Shown in pieces: positions 62,807 to 64,000 of a DNA stretch of 64,000 nt. The translations under genes were made by a program, and so were the position numbers. Every line of letters begins with the position of its first letter. Positions within the stretch are counted from its first letter, which is position 1. The notes below the pieces were generated by a model. That model made no database searches. It was not told where the DNA came from and was given only the letters and a program-made list of their open reading frames with translations. Origin of the DNA: Phoronis australis (taxonomy: Eukaryota; Animalia; Phoronida); NCBI GenBank assembly GCA_002633005.1, contig NMRA01000089.1, forward strand, positions 874,003 to 938,002, in the 5' to 3' direction.

Positions 62807-64000
62807 GTGAGTTGAACTAGTTACTACACTAAATGAAAATAGCAAATGATTTCAATGCGTTTAAAAATTGACAAATTAGTCCTCCGGGAAGCAACATGCA
62901 ACTATTGGTAAACGTGCGGGAATGTAAACTCAATCACGTGACGCCCCATTGCGAATCTGCATCAAACGTTTTTTTGTCGGGCTATCCAATTTTACTCGTT
63001 CATAAATGATGAGCGACATTCTGTTGACTCGAGGTGTTATTTCTTTTGCATTTTAATCAACATGAAAAAATAATCAGAATAACATAACATGCAAATGTCA
63101 TTTCATCGTTTTTTCCGTAATGGCGTCATTAGCTCGGCTGTGACGTGGGTCGTTTTTTAAATTTAGATAAAAATTTTTTCTGAGGTCAGCCCCAACGGGG
63201 AATTCAACTTGCAGTCTCAGCTGTCAGACTCTAGCAAGATCAACGCATATCGACCAACAGATCAGATTTACCTGAACGCTGGAACACAGCCATGGCAAAG
63301 TAAACCATTGTTCAATTACCGTCGTTAACCCTTGAAATTTTGAAGCCCTTTTAAGAAATGTTGGTTTGGAAAGAGCCCTTTTAGATTCAAACTTGGGAAT
63401 GGTTACCAAGACAATACTGCTTTCAGAGAACATCCACGGCGATTCTTCCAAACTTCATGTGATTATAGCCCAGTGCTTCATTTCAACGAGGCAAATGATG
63501 AAATTAGGATTATTAGAGATTTCGTAAAGAAACGTGTACGGATAAGTGTGCTTGTACGTGTAACTAGGATAGTGCAACTGCACTTACACGCACCCGACGT
63601 AAAAGTTTTCGCAAATACACGTGCACTTGTTGGCGTACTCTAACTTGTGGCGCAGCTGTGAATATCGCCGCCCGGGGCGGAAGACCACGGCTGCCACAAT
63701 TTGCAAAGGGCAAAGCGATTGCGACGACCTATTGGTCAAGCTCGGTGAGCAACCTCTTCGCCCCGTTCCTCAAATTCTGCCTATGGAAACTAAGGGCCGT
63801 AAGAGACTAATGACTGACAACAATTTTCAGTAGAGTGGTTGCGAAATTGGTCGCAATCGCGAATCTACAACAATAGAATTTGTGATAATTGTTTAGGGGA
63901 CAAAATCGACATCGAACGGCAGGCGAAATTAGTGGTAACTCGGGGTTTAATTGGAAGATATCTGCTACGGGTGACCATAGGCAATCATGAAGACACCCAC

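Noticed and set aside
63831-63875. Possible final exon of the LRRC74-like gene after TTTTCAG (GRVVAKLVAIANLQQ*)
   Set aside because: It would not supply the acidic residue expected at EF-hand position 12 and lies in repeat-like CpG-rich sequence. The true exon is probably outside the window.
1-64000. CRISPR arrays, rRNA/tRNA genes, prokaryotic operons or defence systems
   Set aside because: No regularly spaced repeat-spacer array, cloverleaf or rRNA signature seen; the sequence is intron-rich eukaryotic DNA.

Overview
This is eukaryotic (metazoan, invertebrate-like, AT-rich) genomic DNA with two multi-exon protein-coding genes on the + strand. Both were rebuilt by hand from GT-AG boundaries with consistent reading phase. 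(1) A Sprint/RIN-family Ras effector and Rab5 GEF: 14 coding exons, 711..38151, about 1665 aa, with SH2, a long Tyr/Pro/Ser-rich linker, RH/VPS9 and RA domains. (2) An LRRC74A/B-like protein with RNI-like leucine-rich repeats and a C-terminal EF-hand pair: 12 coding exons from 47466 to 62806, last exon probably beyond the window. Introns and the intergenic region hold decayed LINEs (L1/Tx1-like, RTEX-like), several MITEs with TIRs/TSDs, hairpins and microsatellites. I found no prokaryotic-type system and no convincing wholly new system. The most interesting signals are a recursive-splice-like AG|GTAAG at the start-codon exon with two overlapping uORFs, phase-compatible alternative exons, near-perfect intronic hairpins, and a compositional boundary between the two genes.
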